Shown: piece after piece, positions 15,077-22,251 of the stretch
Layout of the letters: each line of letters opens with the position of its first letter
Position numbering within the stretch: the stretch's first letter is position 1
Source of the DNA: Candidatus Saccharimonadota bacterium
Lineage (GTDB): Bacteria; Patescibacteriota; Gracilibacteria; UBA4473
NCBI GenBank assembly: GCA_030429505.1
Contig: JAUIFI010000001.1
Location: 810,001 to 842,000 of the forward strand
DNA length: 32,000 nt
Direction of reading: 5' to 3'
Program-made: the position numbers and the translations under genes
Notes under the pieces: model-generated
Databases searched by the model: none
The model's input: only the letters and a program-made list of their open reading frames with translations
What the model was told of the DNA's origin: nothing

Positions 15077-17326
15077 ATGTTAAAAAGGATTCAAAAGATT
15101 GAAAACATAGGAAAGTTTGCTAATTGTTCAGCAGGCGGATGCGAATTTAATAAAGAAACAATCATTTTTGGATTTAATACCCAAGGAAAAAGCACCCTAA
15201 CTGCAATATTTCGCTCTATTAAAACAGGAAATAATGATATTCTTATCGGACGTAAGACTTTTGGAGCTCAGGGAAATAAAAAAGTAGATATTGATTTTGA
15301 AGATAACGGGATAAATGAAAAGTATGTTTTTCAAAATCGCACTTGGAATAAGCATAATCCAAATATTTTAATATTTGATTCAAAGTTTATAACAGAAAAT
15401 ATTTTTAATGGAGAGGTTATCACCTTTGATCAACAAAAGAAGCTTAGCACAATTATTATTGGTAAAAAGGGACAAAATTTAAGCAATGAAATTAAGAACT
15501 TACAAGAGAAAAGTGATAATTTTACTCTAGCGAAATCGGAAAAAACTCGTGAGTTTTCTAGACACTTCCCAAACATTCCCTTTGATAAATTTAAATTGTT
15601 ACCACAGAGAGTAGGTATTGATGATGCAATAAAAAAGAAAGATGAAGAAATTAAATTCGAAAGAGAAAAAGAAGATATTAAAAAAATAGTAAGAAGTCAT
15701 ATTCAAAACCTTTCATCTTTTGATTTTTCTGAAATTCGTACTTCATTGTCAAAAACTTTCGATACAAAACAGACAGAAATTGAAACTCATATCAAGTCTA
15801 ACTTTTCTACAGAGAAAAACGCAGAAAACTTTCTTAGCGAAGGGCTAGACTTTTTGAAAGAAAAGCCTATTGACGGATCAAAAAGAACTTGTGTGTTGTG
15901 TGGTCAAAAGTTGGAAGATCGAGCCGAATTTCTAATTTCTCTTTATGCTAAATTTTTCAAGGGAGGGTACAAAAATTTACAGGTAGAAATAGAAAAATCA
16001 ATCGCCTCTTTTAGAAGAATAAATATAGGAGTTGCTTTAGAAAAAATACGAAATGAATTAAAAGATAAAGGTTTAGATATTGGTCTGGATGAACAAAAAA
16101 TTGGCGAACTTTCCAATCTTAAAAGAAAATTTGAAGATGAATTAAATAATAAAAAAGATTTAAATTATGTAGTTAATTTCGATACATTTGATCTTTTAGA
16201 AAGTGAAATAAAAAAAATACAAACTACATTAGAGGATTTAGAACGAAAAAGAATTAACATCCCTTCTATAAAAACAATCCTTCAGCTTGAAAAAGAAAAA
16301 ATAATTCTTGAGCTTACTAAAAAACGACATGAACCTATATGGGATAAATTTTGTAAAGATTTAGAGATAATTGAAACCGAGGCTAAAAAAATAAGAAAGG
16401 AGAGGGATGCAAAACGCAAGGAACTTGAAGACTACTGCTTGTTCGTCTTTAGCATCCATAAGAAAACTATAAATCAATTTTGTAATGACATGGGTGCTGA
16501 TTTTGAGATTGATGATTTCAAACCCTTAAGAAAGATCGTCGGAAAAGAAGAACGAATTTTTGCTATTAAGTTTTTTGCTAGCCATAAAGTAAGTATTCAT
16601 GGAGACAAAGGTGAACACGTGCCAAATTTTAGAAATACTTTAAGTGAAAGCGACAAGCGTCTTTTAGCTTTTGCATTTTTTTTATCGCTACTTAGTCACG
16701 ATAAAAATTTAGACCAGAAAATAATTATTTTTGATGATCCTATGTCTAGTTTTGACAGAGAACGTCGTCGAAAAACTATTCATTTGATTGCAGATATTTC
16801 CTGCAAACATAAGGATACTTCTGGAACAGAAAAAACAGTATATCCAAAACAAAAAATTGTCTTAACTCATGAAGATTATTTTGCAAAAGAGCTAGTTCGC
16901 TTAATGCCAAATGCTTGTTCTTTAAAAATTGAAGAATGTATCCATAACAAACAAAAAAGCAGTAAGATTATTCGTGCAGATTTTAGCCAAGAATTTCCAG
17001 ACGATGATATATCTTATCGTATTGAAAAAATTAAGAAGATACTTGATACTCGATCATTTACAGAAGCATTTGAGTTAGATTGTAGGAAGGTATTAGAAAA
17101 TATTTTTAAAAAAAAGTATCACCTTAAGCTTAAGGACTTAAATAAAGGCTCAAGTATTAGAACTTTTGTAATGACATTATTTGATAGCAATGATACAAAA
17201 TTCCAAAAATTCATAAGACTTTGTGATGATTTAAATATTGAACTGCATGATAATAATAGTTCTAATTCGAGCGGTGATAAAGAAACCATTCTCAAAGAGT
17301 TTTTTGAGTGTTTAGAATTGATATAA
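15077..17326 (+). CDS. AAA_13-family ABC/Rad50-like ATPase, RloC/PrrC-like putative anticodon nuclease
   Basis: 749 aa. Walker A is GFNTQGKST (aa 32-40). A long Lys/Glu-rich coiled-coil insert carries CVLCGQ (CxxC, aa 272-275; nt 15890-15901). The signature-like segment is LSESDKRLLAFAFFL and Walker B is KIIIFDDPMSSFD. The C-terminal region has R-K-V-L-E (Rx3E, aa 670-674) and LNIELHDN (His724), reminiscent of the PrrC/RloC Arg-Glu-His triad. Confidence 0.8.
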   Translation: MLKRIQKIENIGKFANCSAGGCEFNKETIIFGFNTQGKSTLTAIFRSIKTGNNDILIGRKTFGAQGNKKVDIDFEDNGINEKYVFQNRTWNKHNPNILIFDSKFITENIFNGEVITFDQQKKLSTIIIGKKGQNLSNEIKNLQEKSDNFTLAKSEKTREFSRHFPNIPFDKFKLLPQRVGIDDAIKKKDEEIKFEREKEDIKKIVRSHIQNLSSFDFSEIRTSLSKTFDTKQTEIETHIKSNFSTEKNAENFLSEGLDFLKEKPIDGSKRTCVLCGQKLEDRAEFLISLYAKFFKGGYKNLQVEIEKSIASFRRINIGVALEKIRNELKDKGLDIGLDEQKIGELSNLKRKFEDELNNKKDLNYVVNFDTFDLLESEIKKIQTTLEDLERKRINIPSIKTILQLEKEKIILELTKKRHEPIWDKFCKDLEIIETEAKKIRKERDAKRKELEDYCLFVFSIHKKTINQFCNDMGADFEIDDFKPLRKIVGKEERIFAIKFFASHKVSIHGDKGEHVPNFRNTLSESDKRLLAFAFFLSLLSHDKNLDQKIIIFDDPMSSFDRERRRKTIHLIADISCKHKDTSGTEKTVYPKQKIVLTHEDYFAKELVRLMPNACSLKIEECIHNKQKSSKIIRADFSQEFPDDDISYRIEKIKKILDTRSFTEAFELDCRKVLENIFKKKYHLKLKDLNKGSSIRTFVMTLFDSNDTKFQKFIRLCDDLNIELHDNNSSNSSGDKETILKEFFECLELI

Positions 17327-17372
17327 CTAAAATCTATCAATTTTCATGCCTCTCGTCCCTGACAAAAAACTC

Positions 17373-17402
17373 TTTACAATTGTAGCACATTTGTGCTACA
17401 AT
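17373..17402 (+). promoter_or_regulatory. Sigma70-type promoter with an embedded palindromic operator upstream of the TA pair
   Basis: TTTACA (17373-17378), an 18-nt spacer, then TACAAT (17397-17402). A perfect 9-bp inverted repeat, TTGTAGCAC-attt-GTGCTACAA (17380-17388 and 17393-17401), spans the spacer and the -10 element. Confidence 0.6.
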
Positions 17403-17430
17403 CTATGCACTTAAAGCATTGAATTAAGCC

Positions 17431-17670
17431 ATGACCACCAAACAATCCACCGTCCGAGCCCGTATCTCTCCCGACCTCAAACAATCCGCAGAAGAAATTT
17501 TGGCACAACTGGGACTCACCAACTCTCAAGCCATTAATATTTTTTACAACCAAGTAGTACTTCACAAAGGACTTCCCTTTGCTCTCACACTGGAAGCAGA
17601 AGACAGCCCTGAATACTACACAGAAGTGAAGAACGAAGCGCATCTCAAATCTCTCATCGGACTTGAATAA
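17431..17670 (+). CDS. dinJ: Type II antitoxin, RelB/DinJ family
   Basis: 79 aa. The segment VRARISPDLKQSAEEILAQLGLTNSQAINIFYNQVVLHKGLPFAL is a typical DinJ ribbon-helix-helix N-terminus. Its stop overlaps the toxin ATG by 1 nt. Confidence 0.85.
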   Translation: MTTKQSTVRARISPDLKQSAEEILAQLGLTNSQAINIFYNQVVLHKGLPFALTLEAEDSPEYYTEVKNEAHLKSLIGLE

Positions 17671-17942
17671 TGTATGAATTACATATTCATAAACACGCTC
17701 AAAAAGCTCTCCAGAAATCACCACAGAAAATAAAACAAAAAGTCTTTGTCTGTTTACAATATTTGCAACAACATGGGTTCAAAGATTGCCCTTTTCCTAT
17801 GGACACGTTAAAAGGAAAATATAAAAAATATCAGTATCTGGAGATAAAAATTTCTCAGGACTATCGTTTGATAGTGAGACGTGAAAAACAAAAAATATTT
17901 ATTCGTTATGCCGGTACACATAACAGCTTAGGAACAGGCTAA
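17670..17942 (+). CDS. yafQ: Type II toxin, RelE/YafQ family mRNA interferase
   Basis: 90 aa. The segment LKGKYKKYQYLEIKISQDYRLIVRREKQKIFIRYAGTHNSL fits the RelE/ParE fold pattern, and its C-terminus resembles the YafQ ...RTGTHAALF end. Confidence 0.75.
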   Translation: MYELHIHKHAQKALQKSPQKIKQKVFVCLQYLQQHGFKDCPFPMDTLKGKYKKYQYLEIKISQDYRLIVRREKQKIFIRYAGTHNSLGTG

Positions 17943-17954
17943 TTTTCTTCTCTC

Positions 17955-18431
17955 ATGCCCTCCATCCCCGACGAAAAAATCGCTACCCACCCCCACCCTA
18001 TCTGGCAAGATCAAGCCAACTATATCATCATGGCTGAATGTGAAATTGATGGGAAAAAATACAAAGAACAACTCTGGACAAAAAGACTCGGCGACAATCA
18101 TTTTCGAATCTGCTGTATTCCCTTTTTTCTCAAAAATGTTCATCTGGGCGATGAGGTCGATACTACCCTAAAAGACGGAGTGCCGTACCTCCTTCACTCA
18201 GTACTCAAACCTTCCGGACACCAGACCTTTCGCATCTGGTTTCAGAAGTCCGCTCCCAAAGAATTGTACATCTCTCTGCCTCAAATGATCCAAAAACACC
18301 AAGGACTGATCGAATGGTCATCGACCCATCTACTTACCGTGAGCAGTTCTTCACAGAAATGCACAGAGTCATTGATTCCTCTCTTTGAAAAAGAAATGGA
18401 GAAAGGGAATATTGTGTGGGAAAGAGGATAG
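17955..18431 (+). CDS. DUF4265-like protein
   Basis: 158 aa. The segment EQLWTKRLGDNHFRICCIPFFLKNVHLGDEVDT...VLKPSGHQTFRIWF fits my recollection of the DUF4265 pattern (E.LW..lg.g.y.l.niPFf....lGD.V......SGh.t.Ri), and the length fits that family. HMM confirmation is needed. Confidence 0.55.
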   Translation: MPSIPDEKIATHPHPIWQDQANYIIMAECEIDGKKYKEQLWTKRLGDNHFRICCIPFFLKNVHLGDEVDTTLKDGVPYLLHSVLKPSGHQTFRIWFQKSAPKELYISLPQMIQKHQGLIEWSSTHLLTVSSSSQKCTESLIPLFEKEMEKGNIVWERG

Positions 18432-18474
18432 GATTAAACCCCTCTAGCTCCCCTTATTAAAGAGGAGAATATTT

Positions 18475-18491
18475 CCCCCTTGCAAAGGGGG
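18475..18491. terminator. GC-rich hairpin between convergent genes (possible bidirectional terminator)
   Basis: CCCCCTT-gca-AAGGGGG lies between the DUF4265-like stop (18431) and the vWA stop (18520). The flanking T/A runs are short. Confidence 0.45.
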
Positions 18492-18519
18492 ACGAAGGGG
18501 GTTCTTCTAAAGAAATTAG

Positions 18520-19872
18520 CTATTTCACCAACACATTCGCCATCCTGACACGAGTAAACGGATTGCCATCCTTGGTCTTTCCCGTGACTTTGACATTGAT
18601 CGTGTGATATCCAGGGACAAAAGTATCTACTACCTGTCCAATGTGATGACCCGATGAGTCTTTACTGAGAGATAGAGGCGCGCTTTTACGAGGAATGATA
18701 TCCGCCTCCCCTTGAGCGAGCTTTTGGTCTCTGAGAGTATTGAGCTGAGCAGTCTTTTCATCCACTCCATCATCGAGCGCTTCTTGAGGAATGGTAATAT
18801 TTTTTATCTCATCAGCATGTTTTGTGATCAGGTCTTCAGTTTTAAATTTCGGCGACTCATCAGTGGCTTCGATTTTGAAATCATCAATTGTATTATCACC
18901 ATCCAGAGCATGAGCAGTGACTTTAAATGGTTGTCCTCGTTCAATCACATATGAATCAGCTTTGAGATCCAGACTCAATGGACTTCCCGGTTCATACGCC
19001 CCAGCCCAACCTTGAAACGTTCCCGTTCCTGAATACCAGCAAATGACATTCCATGTCCCAGCCTGAAGAGATGGTGCTTTGAGCACCACAAACCGATCTC
19101 CAGAAGCCGTAACTTCCGGTTGATACGCTTGCCCACTCGGATCCTCAAGCGAGACATTGATCTGTTGTCCACTGGGAGTATTGGGAGTGTATTTGGTAGC
19201 GGAATTTTGCCAGGTAACAGCAAAGTAATTCGCCGGAGAACTCGCTGAAACGGTGACCGGAAGGAGGAGTGGTTTAAAAGGAGTAGCATTGCTCGCCTGA
19301 TTCATCGAAACCGGCGCGATAGTTTGCGCGGCAATATCATTATATATCTGGAAGAGCTGGGTCACTCCTGGTGCATTGTAGGGCTTCCCATGAGTGTTAT
19401 TGGCAATTGTTGCCATGTCGGCAACCCACTGATGGTAGTTATCAGTATGACTCCCAAGCGTAATCGTGTAAATCGGAACATCAGTTGGAAGAGAAGTAAT
19501 AGGATTACCTCCAGTATTCCACATACCATCAGATAACAAGATCATAGCTTTAGGAGTCGAAACTGAAGCCAGCATACCATGCGCCTGAGTAATAGCGGCT
19601 TTCATGTTTGTGCTTCCACCAGCCCGAAGACCTTGTATGGCTGATACGGCTTGGTTAATTACATTCTGATTAGCAAGTTGCACCAATTGTGAAGCTCCAT
19701 TCGTCGGGAAAATGATATTGGCACTTGATTGGTAAGCCACTACGCCCAGATTATCGTCCGTATGCATGATATTGATAAACGTGCTGGCATCGGTTTTGGC
19801 AGCTCCAATAAAATTGTTGTAGGTCATACTACCAGATTTATCGATGATGGGAACGATATTGGCGTTGGTCAT
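18520..19872 (-). CDS. von Willebrand factor A (vWA) domain protein with C-terminal beta-rich domains and no signal peptide
   Basis: 450 aa. The MIDAS motif DKSGSM is at aa 11-16. Also present are ...RAGGSTNMKAAI... and ...AMILLSDGMWNTGG. The C-terminal roughly 250 aa are Ser/Thr/Gly/Val-rich and look beta-sandwich-like. Confidence 0.85.
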   Translation of the reverse strand: MTNANIVPIIDKSGSMTYNNFIGAAKTDASTFINIMHTDDNLGVVAYQSSANIIFPTNGASQLVQLANQNVINQAVSAIQGLRAGGSTNMKAAITQAHGMLASVSTPKAMILLSDGMWNTGGNPITSLPTDVPIYTITLGSHTDNYHQWVADMATIANNTHGKPYNAPGVTQLFQIYNDIAAQTIAPVSMNQASNATPFKPLLLPVTVSASSPANYFAVTWQNSATKYTPNTPSGQQINVSLEDPSGQAYQPEVTASGDRFVVLKAPSLQAGTWNVICWYSGTGTFQGWAGAYEPGSPLSLDLKADSYVIERGQPFKVTAHALDGDNTIDDFKIEATDESPKFKTEDLITKHADEIKNITIPQEALDDGVDEKTAQLNTLRDQKLAQGEADIIPRKSAPLSLSKDSSGHHIGQVVDTFVPGYHTINVKVTGKTKDGNPFTRVRMANVLVK

Positions 19873-20090
19873 GGGAAAGAGGAGAAAAGATATATTTTTA
19901 CTTTTTCATGGTAAAGCAAAGAAGCCTGCATCCCTTGAGAAAAACAAGGCACTTTTTCATAAAAAATTAAGAAAGCTGTCCTGATAGATATAACTACAAA
20001 CGCTATAATCCCAAAAAGGAAATATAGGCAGAAAACATAACAATCTGCAGTTTCCTATCTCACGAATAAGTGCATCTGAGTAGGATAATT

Positions 20091-20204
20091 TAGCTGGAGT
20101 GGAGGGATTCTCTTCTAACGACTCATTCCGTTCGTCTACTCGAGGGATTTGCATCCTCGCTCTGCTCAGTGCAAATCCTCGAATCCATTTAGGTTCTTAC
20201 CCCA
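20091..20204 (-). other. tRNA-Gln-derived fragment or att-like relic around a long hairpin (not a functional cloverleaf)
   Basis: The minus strand begins TGGGGTAAG and ends GAATCCCTCCACTCCAGCTA. It copies the tRNA-Gln 3' end (20089-20110 versus 20332-20353; 20 of 22 identical). An imperfect stem of about 15 bp lies at 20138-20184. No 5' half of a T-arm and no usable D-arm are present. Confidence 0.35.
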
Positions 20205-20333
20205 ACGACAAATAAAAGTTTTCAAATAGAAATAATTTCAAGAAGCATAGAAAAAAAGCAAAGGAGATGTATATAATATACTTCGATTGTTTTTTTTCGT
20301 AGCGACACAGAAATTATCCTATTTGAAAACTTT

Positions 20334-20408
20334 TGGCTGGGGTGGAGGGATTCGAACCCCCGAATGGCGGAACCAAAATCCGCTGCCTTACCACTTGGCG
20401 ACACCCCA
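20334..20408 (-). tRNA. tRNA-Gln (anticodon UUG), CCA encoded
   Basis: The minus strand reads TGGGGTGTCGCCAAGTGGTAAGGCAGCGGATTTTGGTTCCGCCATTCGGGGGTTCGAATCCCTCCACCCCAGCCA. The acceptor stem is TGGGGTG/CACCCCA. The anticodon stem is GCGGA/TCCGC with loop TTTTGGT. The T-loop is TTCGAAT. It closely resembles the E. coli tRNA-Gln scaffold. Confidence 0.92.
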
Positions 20409-20416
20409 TCGTCGTC

Positions 20417-20440
20417 AATGAAAGCTTCAAAGCTTTCATT
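20417..20440. other. Perfect 11-bp-arm palindrome abutting the tRNA-Gln 5' end
   Basis: AATGAAAGCTT-ca-AAGCTTTCATT, followed on the plus strand by TTTT. It lies 8 nt from the tRNA 5' end. Confidence 0.4.
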
Positions 20441-20534
20441 TTTCAATATAAACAAAAAAAGCGCAGCGATTGTAATTTTTTAACACCGAAAATCAAGTTT
20501 TCCTCAACTGACAAATCAGATAGAGTACGAACCG

Positions 20535-22202
20535 ATGGAAATAATAAAAATACACCTCAAAGAAAGTGATACAATCAAAGATATACTAGCTGTCTTCGAC
20601 GAAGAGATTTTCCAAAAAATAATCCTTCTCTGTCCCCGAAATCTCCTACTCTTTTCAGAAATATCAAACCTTAAAAAATTAAAAACCAAGGCTCAAGAAA
20701 AAAATAAAAAATTCGCTCTTATTATCCCCCAAAAATTCATCCGAGACATCGCAATCTCTCAAGAAATAGAAGTCTATTCAACACTTCCCAAAGAATTCAT
20801 AGAAACACCAGAAAAAAACCTAGAAGACATAAATCACCCCAAAAAGAAAGCAAGAAAAATCGAGAAAGAAAAGACAGAAACCAACAAAAAAAATATATCA
20901 AAAAAGCTCCCTGAATTCTCCACCCAAAAGATAGGTGAAACCAAACAAGAAAAACTTCTTCGAGGAAAAGTATTTTTTGGACTTTTGACTGCCATTGGAC
21001 TACTCAGTCTAATACTTTTTTGGATATCACCCAAGGCAACGATCATCATAAAACCCAAAATCTCTGTCATTCCCGTAACCCAAAACATCCTGATTCAAAT
21101 GCCAGAAAGCACCATTCGTCCAGAAGATGAAGAACTTCCCAAGATAAAAGGTATTGAAATCGAAACTGAAATCGCTGAAACTCAAATCTTTCCTACTGGT
21201 GGAAGAAAATATGATCTCACAAATGCAAAAGGACGAGTCACGCTTTTCAATGAAACCACCAAAGAAAAATTCCTCGTTCCCTCCAGACTCGCCAATCGTG
21301 AAGGTGCCATCTTTCGATTTTCAAATAATGTCACTATTCCACCTGCATCAAGCACAGAACCAGGAAAAGCTGAAGTCATCATCACTGCTGACGAATACGA
21401 TAGCAAAGGAGAACCCATTGGGGAGAGAGGAAACATTCAAGCCGGAACTGAACTCTATTTCCCTGCTCTACGTTCAGAACTCCAAGAATTGTACTATGCC
21501 AAAGCCAATAAAGGACCTCTAGTTGGAGGCTCAACCCTCACTCATTACTTTATGATTGAAGAAGACATCCCCACTGCCAAAAGAAGGCTATTTGAAAATT
21601 TTGAATCGAGAGGTATCGAAAAATTGAGACAAGAAGTCCAACAAAGATCCTCTCGAGAAAAGAAGCAATACGTTCTGCTCGAAGACCGAAGAATTTTTAA
21701 ATCCGAAATACTCGAAGAGTCATATCCGACAGAACAAGTCGGACAACCCACTCAAACCTTTGAAGCTTTCGGAAAAATGAAAATGAAAGGATTAGTATTT
21801 GACCAATCACAAGTCATACAGTTCCTCAACCAAAAAATACAAGAAACACAAGATCATCGAAAAAAACTAATAACGATCGATCCTCATTCCGCTCAGTACA
21901 AAATCCTAGAAACAAGCGAAGATAATGAAAAAACATCAAATTGGGTCAAATTATCAGTCCAAATGAAAGGAATAGAAATGTTCGATTTTAATGCCGAATC
22001 AAACACCGCCCGAGAATGGAGACAAACTCTTAAAAAAGAAATTGCTGGTAAAACCAAACAAGAAGCAATGGGGCTACTAACAAATTTTTCAGAAATCGAA
22101 AATATAGCCGATATAAAAATCGATCCACCTTGGTCCAAAAAAATACCGACCCTCTTCGATCAAATAGAATTCAAAATTCAAAACGACACGACATCCGAAT
22201 AA
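20535..22202 (+). CDS. Hypothetical single-pass membrane protein
   Basis: 555-aa ORF. It has a cytoplasmic-looking Lys-rich N-terminal roughly 150 aa, one TM segment (VFFGLLTAIGLLSLILFWI) and a large C-terminal domain. No family is recognised. Confidence 0.65.
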   Translation: MEIIKIHLKESDTIKDILAVFDEEIFQKIILLCPRNLLLFSEISNLKKLKTKAQEKNKKFALIIPQKFIRDIAISQEIEVYSTLPKEFIETPEKNLEDINHPKKKARKIEKEKTETNKKNISKKLPEFSTQKIGETKQEKLLRGKVFFGLLTAIGLLSLILFWISPKATIIIKPKISVIPVTQNILIQMPESTIRPEDEELPKIKGIEIETEIAETQIFPTGGRKYDLTNAKGRVTLFNETTKEKFLVPSRLANREGAIFRFSNNVTIPPASSTEPGKAEVIITADEYDSKGEPIGERGNIQAGTELYFPALRSELQELYYAKANKGPLVGGSTLTHYFMIEEDIPTAKRRLFENFESRGIEKLRQEVQQRSSREKKQYVLLEDRRIFKSEILEESYPTEQVGQPTQTFEAFGKMKMKGLVFDQSQVIQFLNQKIQETQDHRKKLITIDPHSAQYKILETSEDNEKTSNWVKLSVQMKGIEMFDFNAESNTAREWRQTLKKEIAGKTKQEAMGLLTNFSEIENIADIKIDPPWSKKIPTLFDQIEFKIQNDTTSE

Positions 22203-22251
22203 CAGCAAACATTTTTATTCAATATTTATTGCTCCTCCTTCACAAAAAAAA

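Noticed and set aside
20091-20204. Possible tmRNA (ssrA). The minus strand reads GGGGTAAGAACCTAAATGGATTCGAGGATTTGCA, which resembles the tmRNA 5' consensus GGGG...GGATTCGAC.GGATTTGCG.
   Set aside because: There is no matching 3' T-arm or ACCA end that pairs with the GGGG 5' end. No tag-peptide reading frame is present. Only about 330 nt are available before the vWA start, and they lack the pseudoknot-type repeats. The resemblance is better explained by tRNA-Gln-derived sequence.
20222-20569. ORFs 20222..20455 (-) and 20333..20569 (+)
   Set aside because: Both run through the tRNA-Gln gene, and their translations reflect tRNA sequence rather than protein.
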